The notes beneath the pieces were generated by a model, which worked only from the letters and a program-made list of their open reading frames with translations, searched no databases and was not told the origin of the DNA. From a virus, in the IMG/VR virus record IMGVR_UViG_3300037422_000051: a stretch of 64,000 nucleotides of DNA; one strand, 5' to 3'. Each line of letters begins with the position of its first letter. Within the stretch, counting starts at the first letter, position 1. A program made the translations under genes and the position numbers. Below are positions 41,225 to 50,946 of the stretch, piece after piece.

Positions 41225-43021
41225 TCATCTTCGTCGTCTCCGGTGCCGTGGAGTAGGGAATACACCTTCTTCAAGAAGTGTATTTTCCCCGAGTTGGGTT
41301 AAAGTTGTGCGAACAATCGGATGCGAAGCGATATTCACGCATTGACCGGCAGGAGCAGTCGCTCCCCAAGCAACCTCAACGAGTCCAATAACGTGGATGT
41401 CCTCTCCGTCGCCAGCTAATTCTAGGTCAAAAAGGCTTGGACGTTTACAGCTTTGCCGAAAAGCCGTAAAGGGTATGAACAGATTGTTTGTTGCCGGGGC
41501 GTACAGGATCTCAGAATCTTCCCGTAGCGGGATGGGAAGTTGATAAGCCAGGAGTGGAGTTTCAAGAGCTTCGACGTCAGATCTAGAGGGAATTGATGTG
41601 AGGAGCGAAAGCGCTGGTTCAAGCAGAGTTTCGCTTACATCAAGCGCACTCAGCATTGTGTTATAATTCAATGCGGGAGATTGATTCTCTTCGCTGAAAG
41701 AAGATTCCGGGATCGCAAGCAAGAGCTGCAAAAGCGGATCGTGAAGAACCTCTGCTTCAACAAGAGTTTCAACCGCATGATGAAGAGAGAGAGAGGGCTC
41801 CAGGCTGGCTTGCGTTGCCTCGAGTAGCGGTATTTGCTGCCCGGTGTCGATGCTGGGTTCATGTAGCGTCTCGGCATAGTCCAGAGCCGCAACGGCATGC
41901 TGGAATTGCGACGCTGGAGTTTCGACTGTCTCAGTTAACGACAGCGCGTCGATGTTGCTGTAGTAGATCGCGGTCGGCGCATTGAGCGTTTCGCTTTCGG
42001 AGAGAGCCCCAACAGCATGGTCATACCGAAGGCTGAGAACGGCGAGAGTCTCTGTGTCTGCGCGCGCTCCGACCGGATGATTGAGGGCTAGAGTCGGAGT
42101 CTGTAAAGCCTCGGTCGCGGAGAGGAGCGGGATCGCCTGCACCTCTGGAACTGTGGGCGCGAATAAAGTTTCCGAAGTCGAGAGCGCGCCGATCAGATAC
42201 CAGTATTGACCCAACGGAGCCTGGAGGGTCTCTGTATCGCTACGCAGTCCGATCGCGTGATCGTACCGAGCCGTTATGGCCTGTAGGGTCTCGGTCTCTG
42301 ACGCAACGCCGATCTGGTGGTTGTACTTGAGCGTCGGAGCTTGGAGGGTTTCTGCGTCGGAGCGAAGTGGTATCGCCTGCGGACTTCTAACGTCGAGTTC
42401 AATCGCATGGGAGGCGTAGACTGTGCCCTGCGTCGCCCCGAAGGTGCAGGTTGCCGTGGTGTTCCCGGTCGCGAGGTAACAGACCTCGCACGCGGTGGTC
42501 GGCGTAGACTGGCTCGCGTCCTGGGCTTCGGTCCAACCCGAGACCGGGGTCGTGGTCGTGTCGCCGCTCATCACGGCGGCGATCGACATGTTCGTGGTGA
42601 GCGGGGTCTGGTTGAGAACGGGGGCTGGCGTCGAGCCCGAGGCTTGGTTGGCCTGGCTACCACTGCTGCGAATGGCCGCAGAGCCAACCTGCGTCATGCC
42701 AGTGATGGCGAGAACGATCAGCTCGCCTGCGGTGTTGGAGCCAGATGTGCAGGTTATAACTGTTGATGTCGAGTTGACCATCAACGCGTCGCGGACGAAA
42801 ACGGCCGAGTTGTCAGCCGAGGCGTTCCATAGGGCTTGACCGATACGGGTATAGGTGCCCGACCCGTTGTTGTCGGTCATGGTGGGCGTGCTGCTCGTAT
42901 TGCCAGAAAGGGAAACGAAGACGACTAGAAGGTCGCCCGAGGCGGGTGTAATGGTGACAGTCCGGTTACCTGTACCGGACGTACCACCACCCGCGACGCT
43001 GGTTCTAACAGCGGCGGACAA
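41225..43021 (-). CDS. Putative virion appendage protein: beta-rich N-domain plus about 15 x 20-aa repeats (598 aa)
   Basis: Repeat consensus I(P/G)xLSxxETLxxPxLxYxHx; basic C-terminus RHRRRR. Confidence 0.75.
   Translation of the reverse strand: MSAAVRTSVAGGGTSGTGNRTVTITPASGDLLVVFVSLSGNTSSTPTMTDNNGSGTYTRIGQALWNASADNSAVFVRDALMVNSTSTVITCTSGSNTAGELIVLAITGMTQVGSAAIRSSGSQANQASGSTPAPVLNQTPLTTNMSIAAVMSGDTTTTPVSGWTEAQDASQSTPTTACEVCYLATGNTTATCTFGATQGTVYASHAIELDVRSPQAIPLRSDAETLQAPTLKYNHQIGVASETETLQAITARYDHAIGLRSDTETLQAPLGQYWYLIGALSTSETLFAPTVPEVQAIPLLSATEALQTPTLALNHPVGARADTETLAVLSLRYDHAVGALSESETLNAPTAIYYSNIDALSLTETVETPASQFQHAVAALDYAETLHEPSIDTGQQIPLLEATQASLEPSLSLHHAVETLVEAEVLHDPLLQLLLAIPESSFSEENQSPALNYNTMLSALDVSETLLEPALSLLTSIPSRSDVEALETPLLAYQLPIPLREDSEILYAPATNNLFIPFTAFRQSCKRPSLFDLELAGDGEDIHVIGLVEVAWGATAPAGQCVNIASHPIVRTTLTQLGENTLLEEGVFPTPRHRRRRR
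41490..42373 (-). repeat. Degenerate 60-nt (20-aa) coding repeats, about 15 units
   Basis: IPLRSDAETLQAPTLKYNHQ / IGVASETETLQAITARYDHA / IGLRSDTETLQAPLGQYWYL ... Confidence 0.85.
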
Positions 43022-43043
43022 GGCTATCTCCTAGCGCTGGAGG

Positions 43044-43487
43044 CTAGGTCCAGGTAATGATGCCGCTTGCGTTCCACACGAGCACGAGATCCGCAACGGT
43101 GTTGCCGACAGAGGCACCGAAGTCGATCCACGAAACCAGCGGATCGGTTGAGTCCGCCCCGGCTCCGTCCTTGTAGAGAACGCCGATCCGCCCGTTGGAG
43201 AAGCCAGAGGCGTTCTGCGACCAGGTGACGTCAGCCCCATCGAACGTGGTGGTGGCACCGCCCGTAATGGTCGGCGATCCGATGGTGGCCCCCTTCGTGG
43301 TGTAGTTGGTCCCCGTGACCTCATTGGTCGTGTTGTCCCAGAAGTCGTCGGTAGCCTGCGTCGGAACATAGGCCACCGTGTGCATCGACACCTTCATCGT
43401 GTCGGTGTTGAAGTCGATGACCGCGTTTGCGATGCCGGACATCTGGCCTTCGAGGAACTTGTAGTATTTGCTGACTGTGATCGCCAT
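43044..43487 (-). CDS. Structural-type protein (copy of 1431-1874)
   Basis: Identical repeat copy. Confidence 0.7.
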   Translation of the reverse strand: MAITVSKYYKFLEGQMSGIANAVIDFNTDTMKVSMHTVAYVPTQATDDFWDNTTNEVTGTNYTTKGATIGSPTITGGATTTFDGADVTWSQNASGFSNGRIGVLYKDGAGADSTDPLVSWIDFGASVGNTVADLVLVWNASGIITWT

Positions 43488-43496
43488 GCGGAGCTC

Positions 43497-43757
43497 CTAT
43501 AGGTAGATCGTTGGAATCAGGTACACGTTCTTGGGCGCGGGGAGAGGCAGATCCTCATAGACAAAGATTAACTCCTGCTCAAACACATTCTCTCCGCACT
43601 CTGGACATTCCGCCTGTCGTCCCTTGCGCGGCCTCGTTCCATCCGGCAGCACGGCAATCTCGGTGCGGAACCGCTGGCCTTTTCGAGGCACATCCTTCAG
43701 AAAGAACGCGACTTCCTGGCACCTGCCAGTGTTATGAACGGCGGCGTATCGACTCAC
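43497..43757 (-). CDS. Hypothetical protein (copy of 1884-2144)
   Basis: Identical repeat copy. Confidence 0.6.
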   Translation of the reverse strand: MSRYAAVHNTGRCQEVAFFLKDVPRKGQRFRTEIAVLPDGTRPRKGRQAECPECGENVFEQELIFVYEDLPLPAPKNVYLIPTIYL

Positions 43758-43760
43758 CGC

Positions 43761-44030
43761 TCAATCCATGCCATGCGCCTTCTCCCACGCCGCGACGAAA
43801 GCGCGAATCGCCTCGCACTCGGCTTCAAGGTAGTCCACGCGATCGGCGAGGTTCACGTACCGCGTGGGCTGGAGTGCTGCGTTCGGAGCGAAGACCTCGA
43901 GCTTCTCGCGCGCGACGAGCTCGTAGCTCGGCCACTGGTCTTTTCCGCGACAGCTACTCGGCGCTGCCGCGGCCGGCGTCTGACAGGCGCTTTGCATCAT
44001 CAGCCAGGTCGTAGCCGCGGCTGCTGTCAA
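43761..44030 (-). CDS. o-spanin (copy)
   Basis: Identical repeat copy. Confidence 0.65.
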   Translation of the reverse strand: MTAAAATTWLMMQSACQTPAAAAPSSCRGKDQWPSYELVAREKLEVFAPNAALQPTRYVNLADRVDYLEAECEAIRAFVAAWEKAHGMD

Positions 44031-44190
44031 AAGCGGCCTCCTGAGCGCTCCTGGCCTGGATGCCTTTCCGAAGCTCACGGTTCTCCTCCTCGATCTCTCC
44101 CACGCGCTTGCGGCTGCGCGAGAAAGCCCACCAGCCCGATGCCGCCAGCAGCGTGAGCGCAGCAATGAGCGCGAGGGCCTCGCCGCCCAT
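43954..44190 (-). CDS. i-spanin (copy)
   Basis: Identical repeat copy. Confidence 0.65.
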   Translation of the reverse strand: MGGEALALIAALTLLAASGWWAFSRSRKRVGEIEEENRELRKGIQARSAQEAAFDSSRGYDLADDAKRLSDAGRGSAE

Positions 44191-44191
44191 C

Positions 44192-44371
44192 TTAGGCGCC
44201 GATCCCGGTCTTCGTCACCAGCCGCAGGATGACGTTGACCACGGCCAGCAGCCCCACCTGGGCCTCGGCATCGATGATCTCGCGCCCGGTGGCAGCCTGC
44301 GCGGCGATCGCCAGGGCGGCAATCACGTTGACCCACAGCGTCTTGCTCGTGTACCAGGATTTCGTTTCCAC
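44192..44371 (-). CDS. Holin (copy)
   Basis: Identical repeat copy. Confidence 0.75.
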   Translation of the reverse strand: METKSWYTSKTLWVNVIAALAIAAQAATGREIIDAEAQVGLLAVVNVILRLVTKTGIGA

Positions 44372-44382
44372 GGCCTCGCCTC

Positions 44383-44829
44383 CTATTCCGGCCACCGATA
44401 GCCGAGCACGCGCTCGACTGGATAGGCCGCTTCGCACACCGAATCGCGCTGGTTGCCACCCAGCACCCGCACCCTCGAGCCCTCGTTCGCGAAGCCGAGG
44501 AAGAAGCCGACGTGCCCCGGCGCCTCGATCACCTCGGGCCCAGGCTGCGCGCCCGAGCCGCGCTGCAGCACCACCACGCAGCCGTAGGCCGGATGCCGCA
44601 GCAGAAGCCCCCACCACAGCCACGCCCGCGCGCGCTTGCTGCCGGTCCCCTCGAGCCCCACCTGCTCGATGCACCAGTTGACGAAGCTCGAGCACCACGA
44701 CACCTCGTCGGGTGCGGGCTTCCCATCGGTCGAAGCGTGGTATTCGACGACGCGCGGGTTGTCGGCCTCGCCGGAAGCCTCGAGCACGCCGACTTCCTTG
44801 AACGCGACTTCGAGCCAGGGCGGATTCAC
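44383..44829 (-). CDS. Endolysin TIGR02594 family (copy)
   Basis: Identical repeat copy. Confidence 0.85.
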   Translation of the reverse strand: MNPPWLEVAFKEVGVLEASGEADNPRVVEYHASTDGKPAPDEVSWCSSFVNWCIEQVGLEGTGSKRARAWLWWGLLLRHPAYGCVVVLQRGSGAQPGPEVIEAPGHVGFFLGFANEGSRVRVLGGNQRDSVCEAAYPVERVLGYRWPE

Positions 44830-45170
44830 CGATCACGCCTCCGCTCTTCGAGCTGCGTCACCTTCGCGAGCAGCAGCGTGTTGCTCGTCGAGAGCCCCGC
44901 GAGCTGCGTCACGATCCCATCAATCTTCACGGTAGCTTTGTCGATCAGGCCAGCGAGGTGCTTGCTCTGATTCATCTCGGCCTCCAGGTCGCGGACGCGC
45001 TCCTGAAGGTCAGCAATCTGCATCGTGCGCTCTTCGAGCGTCCGGTCCATGCGAATGAACTGCGCCCACGCGCCGCCAGCGGTGAGTAGCGCGCTTCCCA
45101 GCAAAGTGGATAGGACGCCGACGCCGACCTTGTACCAGAGGCTTCGCCCATCACTGCTCCCGTTCGCCAT
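44826..45170 (-). CDS. Membrane coiled-coil protein (copy)
   Basis: Identical repeat copy. Confidence 0.6.
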   Translation of the reverse strand: MANGSSDGRSLWYKVGVGVLSTLLGSALLTAGGAWAQFIRMDRTLEERTMQIADLQERVRDLEAEMNQSKHLAGLIDKATVKIDGIVTQLAGLSTSNTLLLAKVTQLEERRRDR

Positions 45171-45528
45171 TCTCGATCACCTCAGGCTCTAGCTCGATCT
45201 TCAGCTCATTCGCAATCTTCTGCTGGCCCCGCTCAAAGCGAAGTGCACCTTTCGAGAGATTGGAAACGCTCTTGTCGAGCCGTTCGACGCTATGGAACAG
45301 CTCGCCAATAGACGTTGAGTTTCTTTCGACCGTCACCTGCACGTCGTCTATCTTCGCCGCGATCATGCCGAGCTTCCCATCCCAGTAAGCGTTGGCCTCG
45401 TCCTCTAGACGCATCACCTGTGGCTCATGCTTCACGAACTGGCCGTACAGGAACACACCGAATCCCGCGATCATCGCCAGCGCGAGAATCGAGATCGCAG
45501 AGTTCTCGACGGTCGCACGAAGGTTCAC
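45151..45528 (-). CDS. Membrane coiled-coil protein (copy)
   Basis: Identical repeat copy. Confidence 0.6.
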   Translation of the reverse strand: MNLRATVENSAISILALAMIAGFGVFLYGQFVKHEPQVMRLEDEANAYWDGKLGMIAAKIDDVQVTVERNSTSIGELFHSVERLDKSVSNLSKGALRFERGQQKIANELKIELEPEVIENGEREQ

Positions 45529-47789
45529 CGAAGACTCACCGCCATCGGTCCCGGCGTCGGCTCTGCGATCAGCCGCAGCACCTTCGCGAGGACTCCGGTG
45601 GGCGGAGCCTCCTGGAATAGCTCGCCGACTTGGCAGCCGATTCGCTCGGTCGCGATCACGATGTTGTCGCGATACCACTCCATGTTGGCCTCTGGTGTGC
45701 TGTTGAGCAGCGTCTCGAAGGCAACGCTATTCAGCGCAAACTCCTGGTAGCTGCGCAGCATGTTCTGATTGCTGTTGCTCGCCTGGATCTCACCGTTGAT
45801 CCAGTATTCCTCGATGCCAGTGTCCTGGTTCCCACGAAACCCGGTCTGATTCAGCCTGTAGCGTGCCTCGACGCAGAGCCACTCGCTGTCTCCTCCGGGG
45901 GAGGCTGCTCGCGTGGCGAACATATCAGCCTCGGCGTGAGCACCGCTGGTCGGAGCGCCAACCTGGGTCATCCAGAACGCCGTATTCGTGTCGTTCCCCT
46001 TGTCGATCACAGTATTCAACCCGTCAGTCGAGATACCATTGGTCGAGTTGAACTTGATCGAGCCGTCCAGAATGGCAGGATTGCCAGGCGTCGGGTCGAG
46101 CCAGAAGTGCCCCTGATAAGCTGTTGGATGCACGTTCTGGTCGCCAACCATTGGAGGCGATAGGGCGCGCACCCGCATAAACTTCATACCCGCCGGGGGA
46201 TTCGTCCAGCCTCCCTTCACCTTGATGAACTGGCGAACGTACAGCTCGGTGTACTTCACGTCTGGATCGCCGACGTGGAAGGGGTGCTGATACTGGACGG
46301 CATTCCCAGTACCCGGCGCAGCGTAGGCTCCGCCGTCTGGCATCTCGTTTCCGACCGGGACGTAAGTTCCGGTTGCGTCTGTATACCAGTGCGGAACCTT
46401 ACCGATGAGTATAGAGAAGTTACCGGCGCTCTTGCTTCCGCCAGTCGTGAACCTGGCTCTCATCGCAGTCGATCCGTTTATGCCAACCCCAGCAATCGGC
46501 AGGTAGTCCGCAGTGGCTCCGCCCGGGTTGTAGTCGTTCCACTTGTCTTGAACGGGACGGCCATCATCGAAGTTGTCGCACTTGAGATAGGCTGGGTTTG
46601 GAGTGTTAGACCCGGGGCAGCCGGCGTCCTCTCCAACGCCCGGTCCAGGCGTTGGTGTAGGCATTGCGGTTGGGGTGGGTGGTGTTACAGGCGTCGAGGT
46701 TGGAACAGATGTAGGCATGGCGGTGGGTGTCGCTGTGGCTGTTGGAGTAGCGGTTGGAGTTGGAGTTGGCTGTCCTGGGAATTGCTCTTCAGACGCTCTA
46801 CCTATCCAGTAATTCGGGTCGGCTGGATTCTTGATTGTAGATATAACATAGCTGAACCACGTTACTCCTTTTGTTCTATCGCACCCAGCTCCAGAACAGG
46901 TGCCGAAAACCGTAGTTGCAATTTGCGTTCCGTTATCTCTACCAGCGGCTTCTATCGATGTTACTGGATTCTGAAAATAACCAGGGCCAAAATACTGGAT
47001 TTGACCTGCCTTTGGCCCGGTTATCATAGTCAGGCGCACCCTTGCATAGACGTAGTTCGGAGATGGCCCGTTCCAAGAAGTGCTATACTCAGCCGTGATC
47101 GGATGGTCGTATGTATTGATCGGATTATGGTCAGCACAGAACTCCCACATGACCCATCCGTTCTTAAAATCTCCAAACTTTAGATCGCTCCCGCCATCTT
47201 GATTTCTAACTAGACGGTTTCCTGGCATAGATGGTGCAGTGCCAATGCCAACCTGCGGGCTCCAGTACCCAGGAGCAAACTGAATGTAATCTGGGTTGTA
47301 ATCCCAGAAACTTTCAAGCCCAAGATGTGGTCCGCCAACTTCTTTCTCTTCGTATCGAGGCCCCTTAACATTAAAATTTGTTCCTGAAGGGAACGACCAG
47401 CCAGACCCGTACTTAACGTAGAATCGTGAACAGTACGTCTTGTTCGTGAAGTCTCGTGTTTCCGAATCGCCATCGCGTAGCTGGAAGGTGCCATTGTTAA
47501 CTTGCAAGACGTATCCGCTACCACCAACCGTAAGCCCCTGTGATGCTCCAGTGACCCACTGTGCATCGATGCTAGAGAGATACGAGATAGATATTCCGCC
47601 ATTACATCCAGGAGAAGAGGTCGGATTAAACGTCTGATTTGAGAAACTTCCGTCGTTTGCTGAAAGCGGCTCACTGCATACACATGTTACCCCGCTACCA
47701 GGACTATCGCATAGCAATTCGCTTGCGTTACCAGCTCCGAACGCCGGGGCAGCCAAGAGAAGGATCGCCAGTGTAGCTAATCTACGCAT
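45525..47789 (-). CDS. Secreted two-domain ConA/lyase-like protein (copy)
   Basis: Identical repeat copy. Confidence 0.7.
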   Translation of the reverse strand: MRRLATLAILLLAAPAFGAGNASELLCDSPGSGVTCVCSEPLSANDGSFSNQTFNPTSSPGCNGGISISYLSSIDAQWVTGASQGLTVGGSGYVLQVNNGTFQLRDGDSETRDFTNKTYCSRFYVKYGSGWSFPSGTNFNVKGPRYEEKEVGGPHLGLESFWDYNPDYIQFAPGYWSPQVGIGTAPSMPGNRLVRNQDGGSDLKFGDFKNGWVMWEFCADHNPINTYDHPITAEYSTSWNGPSPNYVYARVRLTMITGPKAGQIQYFGPGYFQNPVTSIEAAGRDNGTQIATTVFGTCSGAGCDRTKGVTWFSYVISTIKNPADPNYWIGRASEEQFPGQPTPTPTATPTATATPTAMPTSVPTSTPVTPPTPTAMPTPTPGPGVGEDAGCPGSNTPNPAYLKCDNFDDGRPVQDKWNDYNPGGATADYLPIAGVGINGSTAMRARFTTGGSKSAGNFSILIGKVPHWYTDATGTYVPVGNEMPDGGAYAAPGTGNAVQYQHPFHVGDPDVKYTELYVRQFIKVKGGWTNPPAGMKFMRVRALSPPMVGDQNVHPTAYQGHFWLDPTPGNPAILDGSIKFNSTNGISTDGLNTVIDKGNDTNTAFWMTQVGAPTSGAHAEADMFATRAASPGGDSEWLCVEARYRLNQTGFRGNQDTGIEEYWINGEIQASNSNQNMLRSYQEFALNSVAFETLLNSTPEANMEWYRDNIVIATERIGCQVGELFQEAPPTGVLAKVLRLIAEPTPGPMAVSLR

Positions 47790-48595
47790 GATCCACCAAT
47801 AAAGTTGTCAAGGACTTCAAAATCTGTTGTCGTAGCCGTTGAGCCGAAGCGCACGAGGGTGCCAGTAAATAAACCGTCGTCTGTTATGTCGCTACCGCTT
47901 AGCGTTCCCGTTGCATCCGCGCATGTAATTCCCAAATCACCAGTCGTGCCAGCATCATTGATGCAACAATCTGGAGCTCCCCAGGTATCGGGGTCGCCGG
48001 TAAGCGCTGACGCGCCAGTGCGGGCCCAGAAGTTAATTTCGGTGTCTGTTCCTGTACCGCGCACATAAACACAGATCTGGTCATCTGTGATTTCGCTAAT
48101 GGTTCTGGATATTGTGCAAGTTCCAAGGTCGCTCGTGTTGTCTGCGTCGCGCCAAAAGCAGGCATTACTGCCCTCGCTGCAATAACCGAAATACATATCT
48201 CCGGTGCCAGTTTGCGTGTCAATGCGGAGCGGGACACCGAACTGTGAAGATTGAAGCCCGCCACTGTCAACCATTTGGAGGCAACCGAACTGGTTGATGG
48301 TCGCGGTTGCAGTTGCGTGACCAAGCGTATAACGCTTGTTGTCGCAGTTCGGGTCGAGGTCGTGGTCGAGGCGGAGCTGGTTGTTGTTGGATGAATCAAT
48401 GGTCCACGGGCAATTGGTTTGGTCTACGTTAAGCCCGCCGATCCACGTCGAGCCATAAGTATCGGTAGCAAAGTCGTCGGACATTCCCTGGGTGCATGTG
48501 TCAGGCGCTCCAGTATTGGTGACGGCCGTATGGACCAGGCCAAAGCCAGTTAGCAGCGGGAACAGCGCGAGTAGAACTAGAACGAGACGACGCAT
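47777..48595 (-). CDS. Secreted Cys-rich protein (copy)
   Basis: Identical repeat copy. Confidence 0.7.
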   Translation of the reverse strand: MRRLVLVLLALFPLLTGFGLVHTAVTNTGAPDTCTQGMSDDFATDTYGSTWIGGLNVDQTNCPWTIDSSNNNQLRLDHDLDPNCDNKRYTLGHATATATINQFGCLQMVDSGGLQSSQFGVPLRIDTQTGTGDMYFGYCSEGSNACFWRDADNTSDLGTCTISRTISEITDDQICVYVRGTGTDTEINFWARTGASALTGDPDTWGAPDCCINDAGTTGDLGITCADATGTLSGSDITDDGLFTGTLVRFGSTATTTDFEVLDNFIGGSCVD

Positions 48596-50946
48596 CAGTT
48601 AACGTCACTCCATGTGCCGCGATACCCGATCGGGAACCAGTTGGTTGCGTCGAGGGCTACGAGCGTGATGATCGAGCCCACCGTTGCGTCGCTGGAGATC
48701 GCGTCTCCCGTGGCATTGGTGAGAACGAGAATCTGATCGCCAGTATTCGCGTTCACGTCCACGTCGAAGGCGGCGGCTACGCAAACAGTGACTGTCATTC
48801 CCGCCACAGCCGACGGCAGGTCGTAGACGGCTGAACCAGACGCGCCAGTGTTGCAGATCAGTGTGGACTTGGTCTCATTAGCAGTGATGGTGTGAGGCGT
48901 ACCGGATTGAGTCTTCGTTAGAACCTCGGTGTAGGCTCTGAAGTTCCCACCGCTGAAGTCCCAACTTTCACCGGCTACGTCGAGATCTGCATTCTGGATG
49001 GTTCCATCTAGCAACATGGTTCCGGTAACGGTGCCGCTGTCGCCCGTGTCGATCAGCGTCCCGGTTCCGGCTGCCATCGTGATCGCGGCGGTCGTGTCCG
49101 GAATGGTCAGCGAGGAAACCGTTGTAGGGTCAGCGGGTAGATTTAGCGTCCACTGAGAAGCGTTGGACGTTGTGCCCTCCCACAAGAGCCCAACCGTGCC
49201 AGTGGACACAACCCCGTCTGTCCAAGCGGCCCCGGAGGCGTAACCAGCTCCCACATCGGTGATGTCACCGGAGCCGCCAGCACCGGGGCCGATGTCTACG
49301 GCCGCAGCTCCATCACCAATCCACAAGTGATTCGCGTCTTCTTCCCAACACACCTGGCCCTCTGCCGTAGCCGAGGCGCATGAGGTTGCGTGGGACGGAA
49401 GCATGATGCCTTCCGTGGCCGAAGAGATGAACGTTCCAAAGTCGAGAAGGTCTCCGTCATCAAACACCAGAGATGTCGCAAGCATGTTCTCAACAACTTT
49501 TGCTGCACCGATTGTGGTTGCGCCTGTGCTCGCGATCGTTACATCGCCACTCATCGTCTTGTTTTGCCAGTCAGTGGTTTGGTAAATCAGGAGGTCTCCA
49601 GACTGCACACCCGAGATCGTAGTTTGAACAGCGTCTTTGCATTCCCAAGCTGTGTCGCCGGAGTTTCGCTGAATGATGTCTAGTGCGCCGCAGGTTCCAA
49701 TCGAGCCAAAGTCGGAGAGGGCATTGATATAGCCGGCTGGGAGACGGGCCGCGTCGAGTTCGCCGGATGTGATGTCCTCTGCCTCGTGAGTCTGGCCTGG
49801 GTGCGCTAGAGCGGTTAGGGCTTCGTGAGCGTCCAACTCGCTCTGCGTAGCAAGATCTGGACCCGGTACGATGACCTCATCGGAAACCGCAAAGAAGTCC
49901 TCCGAAAAGCCGCGAACGTACAGGTTGCCACCAGCGGGAGGCGTTGCTCCGATGATTGAGACGAAGGTCACGCCAATCGTCGGCTCATCCGCGAGCTGCC
50001 CGGCGCCGCCGCTGCCAATCGTGATCGGAGCGCCGGTTGACGCTTCGCAGAACTCATACTTGTTGTCTGTCGAGTCCCACCACCAAGACCCAGCCGTCGA
50101 ACAGGCATCCGAATTCAACCCGATGTTGTTGGTATGACGGCCGAGTTCAGAGATTTGATAGACCGTCATGTCTGCGCCATCCGTAACTCGGAAGAGATTG
50201 CTCGGTCCATCGTTGTTTGCGTCGATCTTGACAATAAAGTCGTCATTCGCACGGAAGGTTGGAGCCTGCACGGCTTGGTTCAGAGTGAGCGTCCCGGAAG
50301 TCGTCAAGCTCCACCCGGAAGCGCTTTGCGTGGAGGTAAATGCGTTGGACCCCCAGCCTGCAAGACACTGGTCCTCTGGATCCTTGGTGTTGTCTCCATT
50401 GACGTCCGAGTAGTAGCCGTAAGAACAAGTCGCAGAGGCAATCGGTCGCAAATCCGGCGTTGTGGTTTGCTCGAGCGCCGTTGCCGAGCTGCCACCCACG
50501 CCTGACGGGTAATCGACGATCCAGTCGGTTCCGTTGTACGTCGCATTCTGAAGATCAGCGCAGGAGAACTCGAGCGTTCCGCCCGAGCCCAGCGTGTTCA
50601 CGCGGACGAGCGGGAAGCCTCGCGTGATGCTGACCGGAGCCGCGACGACGCCACCATCTCGAAGCGTCAGGATCTCCGTGCAACTCGATCGCGTCGAGTC
50701 TGAAGCCGGGCAGTCGTAGATCGTGGTCGTTGCACCCGCTGCGTCGAGCACCGCGGTCGTAATAACATCGCGGCATCCGGTCAGATCCTGGTGCGGAGCT
50801 GCGGAGTCTCCAGCCGCCGCGAACGTGTACGTGAACGCCTGGTCGAAAAGCGCCTGGAGCTTCGGCGTTGCGGTTCCGACATCCCATTGCGCGGAAGCCG
50901 AAAGCGGCGCGAAGAGCAGCGCGAGGAGAATTGCGTAGCGTCTCAT
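48595..50946 (-). CDS. Signal-peptide tail-fibre-like protein (copy)
   Basis: Identical repeat copy. Confidence 0.75.
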   Translation of the reverse strand: MRRYAILLALLFAPLSASAQWDVGTATPKLQALFDQAFTYTFAAAGDSAAPHQDLTGCRDVITTAVLDAAGATTTIYDCPASDSTRSSCTEILTLRDGGVVAAPVSITRGFPLVRVNTLGSGGTLEFSCADLQNATYNGTDWIVDYPSGVGGSSATALEQTTTPDLRPIASATCSYGYYSDVNGDNTKDPEDQCLAGWGSNAFTSTQSASGWSLTTSGTLTLNQAVQAPTFRANDDFIVKIDANNDGPSNLFRVTDGADMTVYQISELGRHTNNIGLNSDACSTAGSWWWDSTDNKYEFCEASTGAPITIGSGGAGQLADEPTIGVTFVSIIGATPPAGGNLYVRGFSEDFFAVSDEVIVPGPDLATQSELDAHEALTALAHPGQTHEAEDITSGELDAARLPAGYINALSDFGSIGTCGALDIIQRNSGDTAWECKDAVQTTISGVQSGDLLIYQTTDWQNKTMSGDVTIASTGATTIGAAKVVENMLATSLVFDDGDLLDFGTFISSATEGIMLPSHATSCASATAEGQVCWEEDANHLWIGDGAAAVDIGPGAGGSGDITDVGAGYASGAAWTDGVVSTGTVGLLWEGTTSNASQWTLNLPADPTTVSSLTIPDTTAAITMAAGTGTLIDTGDSGTVTGTMLLDGTIQNADLDVAGESWDFSGGNFRAYTEVLTKTQSGTPHTITANETKSTLICNTGASGSAVYDLPSAVAGMTVTVCVAAAFDVDVNANTGDQILVLTNATGDAISSDATVGSIITLVALDATNWFPIGYRGTWSDVN

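Larger units (their letters stand above)
1..41613. mobile_element. Complete lytic-type podovirus-like phage genome (one unit)
   Basis: Terminase, portal, scaffold, capsid, tail, ejection, lysis and replication genes all present; no integrase or host flanks. Confidence 0.92.

Noticed and set aside
1-41613. Prophage, integrase or att sites
   Set aside because: No tyrosine or serine recombinase motifs and no host genes; the unit joins to itself
1-41613. Alternative genetic code or stop-codon recoding
   Set aside because: Core genes are full length in code 11 and TAG/TGA/TAA all end genes with tight coupling
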